NCBI GenBank assembly: GCA_964426185.1
Contig: CAYRPF010000021.1
Span: 8,777 to 40,776, forward strand
Direction of reading: 5' to 3'
Source of the DNA: an uncultured archaeon
Lineage (GTDB): Archaea; Asgardarchaeota; Lokiarchaeia; Sigyniarchaeales; Promethearchaeaceae
DNA length: 32,000 nucleotides
Positions 17,513 through 26,451 of this stretch are shown here, piece after piece. The translations under genes were made by a program, and so were the position numbers. Every line of letters starts with the position of its first letter. Within the stretch, counting starts at the first letter, position 1. Under the pieces are notes generated by a model. It saw only the letters and a list, made by a program, of their open reading frames with translations, had not been told where the DNA came from and did not search any database.

Positions 17513-18778
17513 TTATGGTTTCACGATGGGATCATTTTCTTGAACATAGGATTTTACCGAATTCGAGCTATTGGTTGAATAATATTTTACCAATAAAGGT
17601 AAAATCACCGCTGCAAAAAATATGCTAAAAATTAAAAGCAGTGTTTGCATCGGGCTTAATCCAAACAACCTAAATCTATCCAAAGCAAGGCCTATAAGTA
17701 GAGCTAAACCGCTATATATCAAATTCAGTGCAAAATTTATGATTGAAAGAACGGTTGCTCTCTTATCTGAAGGAATATGATCATTGGTATATTTATCCAT
17801 TACACTCCAAGTATAATCACGCGTGAAGAACAGCAGAAATAAGAAGAGTACACCTATAGGTCTTAATATTAATGCCATTAGCAGGAACATCGCGGCGAAA
17901 ATTCCTACAATTAAGAAAAAAGAACCTTTCTCTCCAATTTTTTGCTCTATCTTATAACGTAAAGGGCCAAAAAATCCGATTAAACCTCTGGTACAAGCAA
18001 AAATTACCCCAAAATATATAACTGGAACCATAGATTGCCTTAAATAAGGCTGTTCCATTATATTGACAAATATCATAGGGATCATCAACACTAGAATATT
18101 CACAATTAGAAGAAATCGTACTTTTTTTGTTTTCCAAGTAAAAGAGAGTGAATGGGTGATCAGTTCAATTTGGCCGGTGATAGTTTTAGGTGATTCCGAT
18201 TCTGTAGGCTCCTTCATACTGAAAATAAAAGCCGCAGCAATCAAACTCGCAATTCCATGGGCATATAACGGGAGCGAAATATTAATTGTATAAAGAAAAC
18301 CGCCTGAAATAGAAGCAATAATAATAGAGAATGCTCCAAAGATATCCTTTCTTCCCAAATACTTTAGATACAATGATTCTTGTTTTAACTCTTTTAAAGT
18401 ATCATAAAATAATGCCTTTTCAGCACCAGAAATCAAAGAATCACTCAATCCCATCATAATTCCAGCAAAAAAATACACCCAAAAATGAGTTGAGATGCCT
18501 GTCAATATTAAACTTAAACCCCATATGGTAAATCCTAATCCCACTGAGAGTTTACGACCGAAAATATCTGCGAAAGCGCCACTGGGGATATCAGTTAAAA
18601 TTACAACCACTGCGATAATCGCTTCAATAGATCCCATTTGGAAAAAAGTAATTCCACGATCAAGGTAATATAGGACCGCAATTGGCATAGATATCCATAA
18701 ATTTCTGAAAATTGTGGCTAAATAATATAAAGGGATATTCTTCTTTAGTTGCTTTGCCATGTGCAAATTTTTTTTCAT
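17513..18778 (-). CDS. MFS transporter
   Basis: About 12 TM helices; motif A PSGAFADIFGRK; SGAEKALFYD; IPSDKRATVLS. Start may be 18760 (MAKQL). Confidence 0.9.
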   Translation of the reverse strand: MKKNLHMAKQLKKNIPLYYLATIFRNLWISMPIAVLYYLDRGITFFQMGSIEAIIAVVVILTDIPSGAFADIFGRKLSVGLGFTIWGLSLILTGISTHFWVYFFAGIMMGLSDSLISGAEKALFYDTLKELKQESLYLKYLGRKDIFGAFSIIIASISGGFLYTINISLPLYAHGIASLIAAAFIFSMKEPTESESPKTITGQIELITHSLSFTWKTKKVRFLLIVNILVLMIPMIFVNIMEQPYLRQSMVPVIYFGVIFACTRGLIGFFGPLRYKIEQKIGEKGSFFLIVGIFAAMFLLMALILRPIGVLFLFLLFFTRDYTWSVMDKYTNDHIPSDKRATVLSIINFALNLIYSGLALLIGLALDRFRLFGLSPMQTLLLIFSIFFAAVILPLLVKYYSTNSSNSVKSYVQENDPIVKP

Positions 18779-18957
18779 AATAGAAATAAAAAACGATTTA
18801 ATTTTAAGTTCTTATAATTTTGAAAATATATTTCCACGATGTACTGAAAATCAAATATTTTAAGCTAAGTGGTTGATATTAATCAATTATGTTCCAATTT
18901 TAGAAGCAAAAATGATTATTTTTTAATAGAATGGTTTCTGAATTTTCATGATCAGCG

Positions 18958-19758
18958 GTGACAAAAAAGGGCGAGCAAATTAAAGAACAAATACTTCGAT
19001 ATTTAGAACGGAACCCAGACGGATTGCGTATCGGACAACTTACAAATCTATTAGGTGTTTCTCGAAATTCTGTCTATCGATACGTTCAAGAATTAGAAGA
19101 AAATGGGAAAATTAAAAAACATCATCCGAAAATTTGGCGGCTCACTAAACCTTTCAAGCCTCAAACTATTCTTGGATATCAATACCAGGCATTGCTTCAA
19201 GGATTACGCCGCATCGGAGGCGAAATGTGGGATATAAAAACGGAAAATGGGCGAAATAATTTTAAAAATTTGGGAAAATACATTTCTCCTCGGATGAAAG
19301 AATCTTCTAAGTTGGATTTAGAACGTCTTAGGCAAAAAACCCATTATCTTCAAGATATTATTGAATATGGAATGAAATTAGTCGAAGAAGCCAGCTCGGT
19401 AGAACCTTTTAAGACTTCCTTTTCTCTTGATGATAATGGATTTCCCAACGAAAACACAAACATAGCTGCTATAGTTAGTTTTCACGGAGGATATGTTCAG
19501 ACATCAAAAGTGAAAGGAAATGGATTCGCTCATTATTATATCATAGCTGGAATTATTGAAGCCAATATGGAGCAGATAATTCCTACAATTTATGGGGGAA
19601 GAGTAGTGGTCGATGTTATTAAAATGGATGAGGAAAACCAGAATGTGGAGTTGGGATTGTTTGTTTATTTTGATAAGGAGACACCTTTTATCGATCCTTA
19701 CTCTAAACGCCGAATTCCTCATCCGCAGCGAGAAATAAGGATCCATGGGCATTATTAA
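18958..19758 (+). CDS. Winged-HTH transcriptional regulator with V4R-like C-terminal domain
   Basis: ILRYLERNPDGLRIGQLTNLLGVSRNSVYRYVQELEENGKI is a wHTH; FKNLGKYI and YIIAGIIEA resemble V4R/HNOX-fold landmarks. GTG start. Confidence 0.72.
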   Translation: MTKKGEQIKEQILRYLERNPDGLRIGQLTNLLGVSRNSVYRYVQELEENGKIKKHHPKIWRLTKPFKPQTILGYQYQALLQGLRRIGGEMWDIKTENGRNNFKNLGKYISPRMKESSKLDLERLRQKTHYLQDIIEYGMKLVEEASSVEPFKTSFSLDDNGFPNENTNIAAIVSFHGGYVQTSKVKGNGFAHYYIIAGIIEANMEQIIPTIYGGRVVVDVIKMDEENQNVELGLFVYFDKETPFIDPYSKRRIPHPQREIRIHGHY

Positions 19759-19801
19759 TGAAATTTACATTAAAAAAGGAAGAGAAATGTTGGTAAAAGG
19801 G

Positions 19802-19839
19802 AAAAAAAGGGTGGAAAATTGTGTGAGTTCTTCCACCTT
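19802..19839 (-). terminator. Hairpin plus U7 tract downstream of the CoADR fusion gene
   Basis: GGTGGAA (19810-19816) pairs with TTCCACC (19831-19837); inner AATT/AGTT stem; A7 at 19802-19808 reads as U7 on the minus strand. Confidence 0.5.
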
Positions 19840-20056
19840 AAGGATGTGTGATGGTTAACTTCTAATTTCTAAATTGGTTAAAATTATTTCTATTCTTAAT
19901 TTGATTTTTATACATTTGAAAATGCACACTATAATCATCTTCTCTGAATATTATCCAATATTAGATAAATATTTGAAAAAATGCCAGAATAAGATAATAA
20001 GCAAGAAAAAAAGATAAAATTAGATGAAAAAAAATTACCGAAAAAATCGCAAAGGA

Positions 20057-22549
20057 TTAAATAAATAGCGACATATTTGACCGATCGGAGGCTCCAAGCA
20101 TGGTAGCCACTCCGCCGATCTCCACTCCATCAATCAATTCCTCTTTCTTTATGCCCATCAAGTCCATGGTCATTTGGCAAGCAATCAGTTTCACGCCGTT
20201 TTTCTGCGCCGAGTCAATTAATTCCTGTAGTGAAGCCATGTTATAAGATTTCATTAATTTTTTAATCAATTTAGTTCCCAAGCCGCCCATGTTCATTTTT
20301 GAAATGGTTAGTCTCTCTGTTCCTCGAGGCATCATCTTCCCAAACAAACGTCCGATGAATGATTTCTTTACTCGGACTTTTTTAGGTTTACGCAATATAT
20401 TCAAACCCCAGAAGGTGAAAAACATATTAACCTCTTTTCCCATGGCTACTGCTCCGTTGGCAATAATAAACGAAGCAATGGCTTTATCCAAATCGCTACT
20501 GAAAACAATCATGTTTTTTCCATCAGGAAGATTGAAACCGGTTGGGGAAACCGCAGATTTTTGCTTGGGAATTTCTTTTTTAAGGTAGGCAACAATGGTA
20601 CCTTTCTCTCGTTCAATTTTCAGCAATTTATTTTGAGTAGATTCTGCCCATGTCTGTACATCGTTGTAAAATCCTGGATCGGTGGCAGTTACCTTCAAGA
20701 CTTCTCCAAAATTGAGGCTTTTGATATGTTTAGAAACTTGCATTATAGGTCCTGGACAGGCTAAACCACATGCATCAATTTCGATAGCTGCCTGAGAATC
20801 GGGAGCTTTTTCCACACTTAATTTACTTTGGGCTGCATGGATAACATCATTCACTCGAATGCTTAAATCATCGAAAATTCCTTCATTTGTCTGCTTCTCT
20901 TTTATAATTGTATATGCTTTGTATCCACCGCTTAAATTTTTAACTTTAAATCCATTTTGTACCAATACTCGTTCGGCATAATACCCGCGTTGACCGGCTT
21001 GGCAGAATAACCAAATCTCTTTTGAGTTATCCAGCTCTTCTAACCGTTCTCTTAGTTGATCCAGCGGAATATGAACGGATTTGGGAATTGTTCCCAGTTT
21101 AACTTCTTCATCAGTTCTTACGTCTAAAAGCATTATCTTTTTAAAGTCAATTGAATCAACATCCTTTGGGTAAAATATTTCCATGTCCCCCTTCAAAATA
21201 TTGGATGCCACGAACCCTGCAATATTTACAGGATCTTTAGCACTTGAGTAGGGTGGTGCATAAGCAAGTTCTAATCCTTCCAAATCAAAGACTGTGAGAC
21301 CCGCTCGGAGTGCAGTGGCAAGAACATCAATCCTTTTATCAACACCTTCGTAACCAACAATCTGTGCTCCAAGAATTTTACCTTCATCCGGGGAAAACAG
21401 AAGTTTAATGGCCATAGGAATGGCATTCGGGTAATAGCCCGCATGGGAGGAGTTCTGGGTAAAAGATTTTACATATGGAATATTCAAACGCTTTAAGGTT
21501 TTTTCATTACTACCCGTGGTGGCTATAGTGAGATCGAAAATTTTGGCTATTGAAGTACCTTGGGTTCCCTTATACTGTTCTTTTCTACCTACAATGTTAT
21601 TTGCAGCAATTCTTCCTTGCTTATTGGCTGGTCCTGCTAAAGGAATGAGTGATTTATTACCGGTTACGAAATCTTTAACTTCAATAGCGTCTCCTATGGC
21701 ATAAATGTCTGGATCAGATGTTTGTAAATATTCATTCACCAAGATTCCATCACGCTCACCGATTTTCAATCCTGCTTCTTCCGCTAATTTTTTTTCGGGT
21801 TTCACTCCTATCCCCAAAATAACCATATTGCTCTCTAAGATTCTTCCACTCTGCAGTTGTACACGGATTTCGGTGTTTGAGATTCTTTCAAAGGATTTTA
21901 CTCCATCAGAAAGATAAAGCTCTACATTATGCTGCTTCAAGTGTTGGTGAACATAGGCGGCCATTTCAGGATCTAAAGGCGTCATAACTTGAGGTGCAAG
22001 TTCATTTACAGTGACTTTTAACCCCGCAAGTGATAAATTTTCGGCCATTTCCAAACCGATAAAACCACCGCCTATTACAGTAACATGAATTGGATGATAA
22101 TTTTCAATGAAATTCTTAATCGCTCTCATATCTGGAATATTCCGCAACGTAAAAATATTGGAAGCATTAATGCCCGGAATGGGAGGGCGTAATGGCTGAG
22201 CACCTGGGCTTAGTATTAATTTATCGTATTTTTCTTCATATTCATTATTATTGGTCAGATCTTTTAATATAACCACCTTATCTTGAGGTTTGATCTGAAT
22301 CGCTTCAGTTTTAATTCGGACATCGATGTTGAAGTTATTTCGCAAATTTTCAGGGGTTTCAACCAATAACTTAGATTCATCTTTAATTACCTCTCCAATG
22401 TGGTAAGGTAAACCACAATTAGCAAAGGAAATATATTCTCCTCTTTCAATCATGATAATATTGGCGTGTTCATCCATACGACGCAAGCGGACTGCAGCCG
22501 AGGCACCACCTGCAACACCACCAATAACAATATAAGTCAAGTTAGACAT
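20057..22549 (-). CDS. CoA-disulfide/persulfide reductase fused to rhodanese, TusA/SirA and DsrE2 domains
   Basis: GGVAGG FAD motif, SFANCGLPY active Cys, GGGFIGLE, LAYAPPY; rhodanese LDVR...FCQAGQRG...NLSGGY; TusA DACGLACPGP; DsrE2 FFTFWGL...IACQMTMDLMG. GGAGG 7 nt upstream. Confidence 0.93.
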   Translation of the reverse strand: MSNLTYIVIGGVAGGASAAVRLRRMDEHANIIMIERGEYISFANCGLPYHIGEVIKDESKLLVETPENLRNNFNIDVRIKTEAIQIKPQDKVVILKDLTNNNEYEEKYDKLILSPGAQPLRPPIPGINASNIFTLRNIPDMRAIKNFIENYHPIHVTVIGGGFIGLEMAENLSLAGLKVTVNELAPQVMTPLDPEMAAYVHQHLKQHNVELYLSDGVKSFERISNTEIRVQLQSGRILESNMVILGIGVKPEKKLAEEAGLKIGERDGILVNEYLQTSDPDIYAIGDAIEVKDFVTGNKSLIPLAGPANKQGRIAANNIVGRKEQYKGTQGTSIAKIFDLTIATTGSNEKTLKRLNIPYVKSFTQNSSHAGYYPNAIPMAIKLLFSPDEGKILGAQIVGYEGVDKRIDVLATALRAGLTVFDLEGLELAYAPPYSSAKDPVNIAGFVASNILKGDMEIFYPKDVDSIDFKKIMLLDVRTDEEVKLGTIPKSVHIPLDQLRERLEELDNSKEIWLFCQAGQRGYYAERVLVQNGFKVKNLSGGYKAYTIIKEKQTNEGIFDDLSIRVNDVIHAAQSKLSVEKAPDSQAAIEIDACGLACPGPIMQVSKHIKSLNFGEVLKVTATDPGFYNDVQTWAESTQNKLLKIEREKGTIVAYLKKEIPKQKSAVSPTGFNLPDGKNMIVFSSDLDKAIASFIIANGAVAMGKEVNMFFTFWGLNILRKPKKVRVKKSFIGRLFGKMMPRGTERLTISKMNMGGLGTKLIKKLMKSYNMASLQELIDSAQKNGVKLIACQMTMDLMGIKKEELIDGVEIGGVATMLGASDRSNMSLFI

Positions 22550-22556
22550 GTTGTTT

Positions 22557-22630
22557 CCTCCATTTGAACATAAAGTTCATAATTACATTAATGAAACCTT
22601 TATAAAAGGTATTGTGATTCTGGTGCACAA
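22557..22630 (-). promoter_or_regulatory. Promoter region of CoADR fusion gene: RBS, TATA box and inverted repeats
   Basis: GGAGG at 22557-22561 (minus); TGAAC-N5-GTTCA at 22565-22579; TTTATAAA within ACCTTT-ATA-AAAGGT at 22596-22610; TTGTG-N9-CACAA at 22612-22630. Confidence 0.5.
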
Positions 22631-22778
22631 CTAAAACTCAAATTCCATTTACTTCTCATAATTGTCAGTATTGAACATAATTTCGAAGAAAATGTTAGAA
22701 ATTGCACTTTTTTGAAATAAATTTGATCAAAATTAAAAAAAAAATTTCAATATTTTCAATATTTTTGTCAATTCGCTT

Positions 22779-23768
22779 TTATCCCCTTATATATGCTCCG
22801 GCACATCCTAAAACTTCTGCATTTTTTCGCTTCATCATTTTAATCAATTCATCCCTGGCTGGACCCAAATATTTCCGTGGATCAAAGACCTTCGGTTGCT
22901 CCTTTAAAATTTTGCGAATCATAGCCGTCATTACCAATCGACCATCAGAATCTATATTTACTTTCGCCACGCCATGTTTGGTTGCTTCACGAATTTGATC
23001 TTCCCGAACTCCGAAAGCTTTTTCTAGATTTCCACCGTTTTCATTGATAATTTTAACATATTCTTGTAGCACAGAAGACGAACCATGCAAAACAATTGGA
23101 TATTTGCGACCTAATTTTTGCCTGATATCTTTCAAAATATCAATTCGGAGAGGTGGTACGTCTTCTAATCTGTCTACCTTAAATTTATACGCTCCATGAG
23201 AGGTTCCAATTGAAATAGCAAGAGAATCGCATCCAGTTCGAGTTACAAAATCAACTACTTGATCAGGGTCTGTATATGTACTTTTTTCGGCTTGCACTTC
23301 ATCTTCTATGCCGGCTAACACCCCTAGTTCCGCTTCCACCGAAACTCCGCGAGCATGGGCGTATTCCACCACTTTCTGGGTTACTTTAATATTCTCTTCG
23401 TATGGTAAGGAAGATCCATCAAACATTACACTGGAAAAACCCGAGTCGATGCATGCTTTACATATTTCAAAATTTCCACCGTGATCTAAATGTAATGCAA
23501 TGGGAATATCTGATTTCAATTCTTCTCTAACCATTTTTACCGCACCTTGTGCCATATACGTAAGCATGGTGCTGTTGGCATAAGTACGGGCACCTTTAGA
23601 TACTTGTAAAATTACGGGGGAACCTGTTTCTGCACAAGCAGTAACAATTGCTTGGAGTTGTTCCATGTTATTGAAATTGTATCCCGGAACAGCAAAACCT
23701 TCATCTAATGCTTTATCAAACATGGCTTTAGTGTTTGATAAACCCAATTCTTCGTATTTATAAGGCAT
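22779..23768 (-). CDS. fba: Fructose-1,6-bisphosphate aldolase class II
   Basis: AVPGYNFNNMEQ, ALHLDHG, GFSSVMFDGS, VEAELG, SIGTSHGAYK, VLHGSS, KVNIDSD, DPRKYL. Start moved to ATG 23768 (MPYKYEELG), which removes the overlap with the upstream gene. Confidence 0.95.
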   Translation of the reverse strand: MPYKYEELGLSNTKAMFDKALDEGFAVPGYNFNNMEQLQAIVTACAETGSPVILQVSKGARTYANSTMLTYMAQGAVKMVREELKSDIPIALHLDHGGNFEICKACIDSGFSSVMFDGSSLPYEENIKVTQKVVEYAHARGVSVEAELGVLAGIEDEVQAEKSTYTDPDQVVDFVTRTGCDSLAISIGTSHGAYKFKVDRLEDVPPLRIDILKDIRQKLGRKYPIVLHGSSSVLQEYVKIINENGGNLEKAFGVREDQIREATKHGVAKVNIDSDGRLVMTAMIRKILKEQPKVFDPRKYLGPARDELIKMMKRKNAEVLGCAGAYIRG

Positions 23769-23808
23769 AGTATAATTTATAAGGAATAGTCCAATTTGAA
23801 TTCTAGGG

Positions 23809-24246
23809 CTATGCCTTATTAAGCCTATCATAAAGCCAAGGATATGAATCTTCTTGTCGAAAATAAAAAAGATGGGAATCACAATCGCAATCTGAACTCC
23901 CAAATTTCAGAACGGTGTTATCTGCATGTTCAAGCAAGATATTTGCTAAAACGCATTCATATCGATCCTTTGATGGTATAAGATAAATTTTCTTTATTAC
24001 TAAAATTGGTAGACTTAGTGCAAGCAGATAATCAATATGCCAGTGAATTTTTTTTTGATAACTTGGTTTCACATGCCGAAGAACGCGTGAGTATAGATTT
24101 CCATTCATTGCAGAGCCAACATACATGTATTCACCTTGTTTGAATTCAATATCATCTAATGCTCCAACACTTACGATTTGAGTTTCTCTCAACCGAAATG
24201 AGAGGAGATATGTTCCTGAAATTCGTGGGAAAATTTTTTTCTTCAT
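23809..24246 (-). CDS. GIY-YIG/Uri superfamily nuclease (DUF123)
   Basis: GTYLL, YMYVGSAM, RVLRH, HWHIDYLL, EC, FGSSDCDCDSHLFY. Confidence 0.88.
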   Translation of the reverse strand: MKKKIFPRISGTYLLSFRLRETQIVSVGALDDIEFKQGEYMYVGSAMNGNLYSRVLRHVKPSYQKKIHWHIDYLLALSLPILVIKKIYLIPSKDRYECVLANILLEHADNTVLKFGSSDCDCDSHLFYFRQEDSYPWLYDRLNKA

Positions 24247-24418
24247 AATAATTCATCAGTGACAAATATTTCGATTCGGATTATTTCTTCTTACTTCAAG
24301 GGTATCTCTTGTATTAATGAAAATGTCAATTCTAATAATCTTTTACTCCAAATCTGGGTGAAATTCTCGCAGTTATTATAGATGATGCTATCTTAATCAT
24401 TGGAGGTGAACTTTTAAA

Positions 24419-24787
24419 ATGCTCACAAAACCACAGCAAGCAACTCGCAATACTGCTTCTTTCAAAGAGGATAAAGAAATTCTTGAAAATTTGGCCAGTT
24501 ATGTGGAAAATTTTGAAAATTTCCAGTCAGGTAAAGAACTTAAAAAAGCGAAAAAAGAAAAATTAGAAAGGAAGAATGCATTGAAGAATATAGAGAAGTT
24601 TTCTCCCAACCAACTCCAAAAATTATCAAAACCAGAGTTGGTTAAGTTAATTTTTCAAGCTAATTGCCAATTCGTAGATAACTTCTTCCGTAAAGATTAT
24701 TACGATAATCTTATAAAATTATCAAGGGAAAAATTAAAGAATATGGTCATTAATATTAAGCGACAAGCAGAATATCTCCTTTTGTGA
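24419..24787 (+). CDS. Hypothetical helical protein
   Basis: 122-aa ORF with a perfect GGAGGTGA ribosome-binding site at 24402-24409 and a downstream hairpin/T tract. Confidence 0.72.
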   Translation: MLTKPQQATRNTASFKEDKEILENLASYVENFENFQSGKELKKAKKEKLERKNALKNIEKFSPNQLQKLSKPELVKLIFQANCQFVDNFFRKDYYDNLIKLSREKLKNMVINIKRQAEYLLL

Positions 24788-24851
24788 TTGAAAAAATAAA
24801 ATTGCTTTATATCTTTTTAGTTGTAGAAAATTCTGCTTATATTTCTCCATT

Positions 24852-24884
24852 ATGGGCAATGACACACCATTTGCCCATTTTTTT
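24852..24884 (+). terminator. Hairpin plus T7 tract
   Basis: ATGGGCAA (24852-24859) pairs with TTGCCCAT (24871-24878), followed by a T run to 24884; 65 nt after the stop of 24419..24787. Confidence 0.55.
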
Positions 24885-25045
24885 ATAAAATATCTTTGAT
24901 GATGTTCTTCTACGAGATACAATTTACGTAAGATATTTGTTTTAAATCAAAAATTAAGTAAGAGGTCTGATCCTGATTTTATAATCATTATAAATAAAAA
25001 AATCACGAGCTGAAGTAGAAAAAAGCTTTAATTATGATACAAGGC

Positions 25046-26407
25046 CTAATTCAAATTTTTGCGCGCTACATTTGCAGCGATCAAAATTGGATCCCATACA
25101 GGAGCAAAAGGTGGGGCGTAACTTAAATCCAAACGCTGTATATCATCTATCTTCATTTTTGCCGCTAAAGCTGTAGCGAAAACATCTATTTTTTTGGCTC
25201 CTAAAGTGCTTGGAGCGGTAATTTCTGCACCTAATAACAGATGGGAAACTTTATCATAAATCAGCATTATCGACATTTTTTGAACATTAGGATAATAATG
25301 GGCGATTTCATTATTGACAATCAGTGTGCTTCCAGTATTATACCCTGCTTTTTTAGCTTGGATTTCTGAAAGACCAGTTCTTGCACAATATAGGTCAAAA
25401 ACCTTAAAGATTGATGTTCCTACTATTCCGGGAAAAGGATCTGGATTTTTTCCCGCGATATGTTCACCTGCAAGTCGTCCTTGTTTATTTGCGATTGGAG
25501 CTAAGGGAAGATAGACATTTGAATTTAATAAGGTATGAAAAGATGTTGCACAATCTCCCGCTGCATATACTTGCGGGATGTTTGTTCGGCAGTATTCATC
25601 AATAACGATGGCACCATTTGGTAGCATTTCTAATTCTGAATTATGGAATATATCCGTGGCGGGTAAAACACCAATCGATAACTGAACAGCATCTGTTAAA
25701 ATAACTTCTCCATTATTGAGAGTTAATTTTAGTTGTGTTTCAGAATGTTCTTCAATCTTTTGGACTCGAACTTTTATTTTCATGTTAATATGGTGTTTTT
25801 CCAATTCCTTTTGAATGAATTCTTGACTTTTTGAATCAAAATTCAATCGTGGTCCTATTAATGTAATATTCTTAACTCCTTGGGCTTCATAAGCTTCCAA
25901 CATTTCTAACCCAATATATCCACTTCCGATTACAACTACATTCTCAATTGGAGTCGTTGTTAAGAAATTTTTTAACTTCTTAGCATGGTCCAAAGTATGA
26001 ACGCGAAAAACTCGAGGATGATTTAATAATTCTTTGGGGATGTGAACTTTTTCAATATTTGATTTTCCTCCCACTGCAATTACTAAATAATCATATTTTT
26101 TAACGAATGATTGCTGTGTTTTAACATTTAAGATAGTAACTTCTTTCTGAGAAAAATTTACACTGGTTACTTCATGAAAGAGGTTAACCGGGATTTTTCT
26201 TTTCTTCTCTAAAATTTCAGGTGTCAATGTCATTAATTTATCAAGAACTTTGACTTCATCTGCTACAAAGTATGGAATTCCGCAAGACCCATAAGAAATA
26301 TATTCTCCTTTCTCGTAAACATCAATATTCCAATCAGGATGTGTTTTTCGAATAGCACTAGCAGCGCTGAGTCCTGCAGGATTACCACCAATTACGATTA
26401 TTTGCAT
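25046..26407 (-). CDS. CoA-disulfide reductase / NADH oxidase family flavoprotein
   Basis: GGNPAG, SYGSCGIPY, GSGYIGLE, YAAGDCA, ANKQGR, AHYYP, LSYAPPFAPVWDP. ATG at 26407 or TTG at 26416. Confidence 0.9.
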   Translation of the reverse strand: MQIIVIGGNPAGLSAASAIRKTHPDWNIDVYEKGEYISYGSCGIPYFVADEVKVLDKLMTLTPEILEKKRKIPVNLFHEVTSVNFSQKEVTILNVKTQQSFVKKYDYLVIAVGGKSNIEKVHIPKELLNHPRVFRVHTLDHAKKLKNFLTTTPIENVVVIGSGYIGLEMLEAYEAQGVKNITLIGPRLNFDSKSQEFIQKELEKHHINMKIKVRVQKIEEHSETQLKLTLNNGEVILTDAVQLSIGVLPATDIFHNSELEMLPNGAIVIDEYCRTNIPQVYAAGDCATSFHTLLNSNVYLPLAPIANKQGRLAGEHIAGKNPDPFPGIVGTSIFKVFDLYCARTGLSEIQAKKAGYNTGSTLIVNNEIAHYYPNVQKMSIMLIYDKVSHLLLGAEITAPSTLGAKKIDVFATALAAKMKIDDIQRLDLSYAPPFAPVWDPILIAANVARKNLN

Positions 26408-26451
26408 AATTTTCAACTCGTTTTTTTGTTACCTAAAAAAGAACATGTCTA

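Noticed and set aside
19759-20056. SECIS element or selenoprotein readthrough near the redox genes
   Set aside because: No redox ORF here is interrupted by an in-frame TGA at a Cys position, and the hairpin lacks a recognisable SECIS core.
22612-22630. Rex operator
   Set aside because: The spacer is 9 nt rather than 8 and the inner bases do not match; kept only as an unnamed palindrome.
23769-23903. 45-aa N-terminal extension of Fba in the ORF track
   Set aside because: It overlaps the DUF123 gene and is not Fba-like; ATG 23768 gives a normal N-terminus.
23809-24246. GIY-YIG gene as a homing endonuclease or mobile element
   Set aside because: It is the short DUF123 type common in archaea, with no intron, intein, terminal repeats or target duplication visible.
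24897-24976. Possible C/D box sRNA (TGATGA ... CTGA)
   Set aside because: The C box lacks the leading purine, and I see no convincing C'/D' boxes or terminal stem; such words arise by chance in AT-rich DNA.
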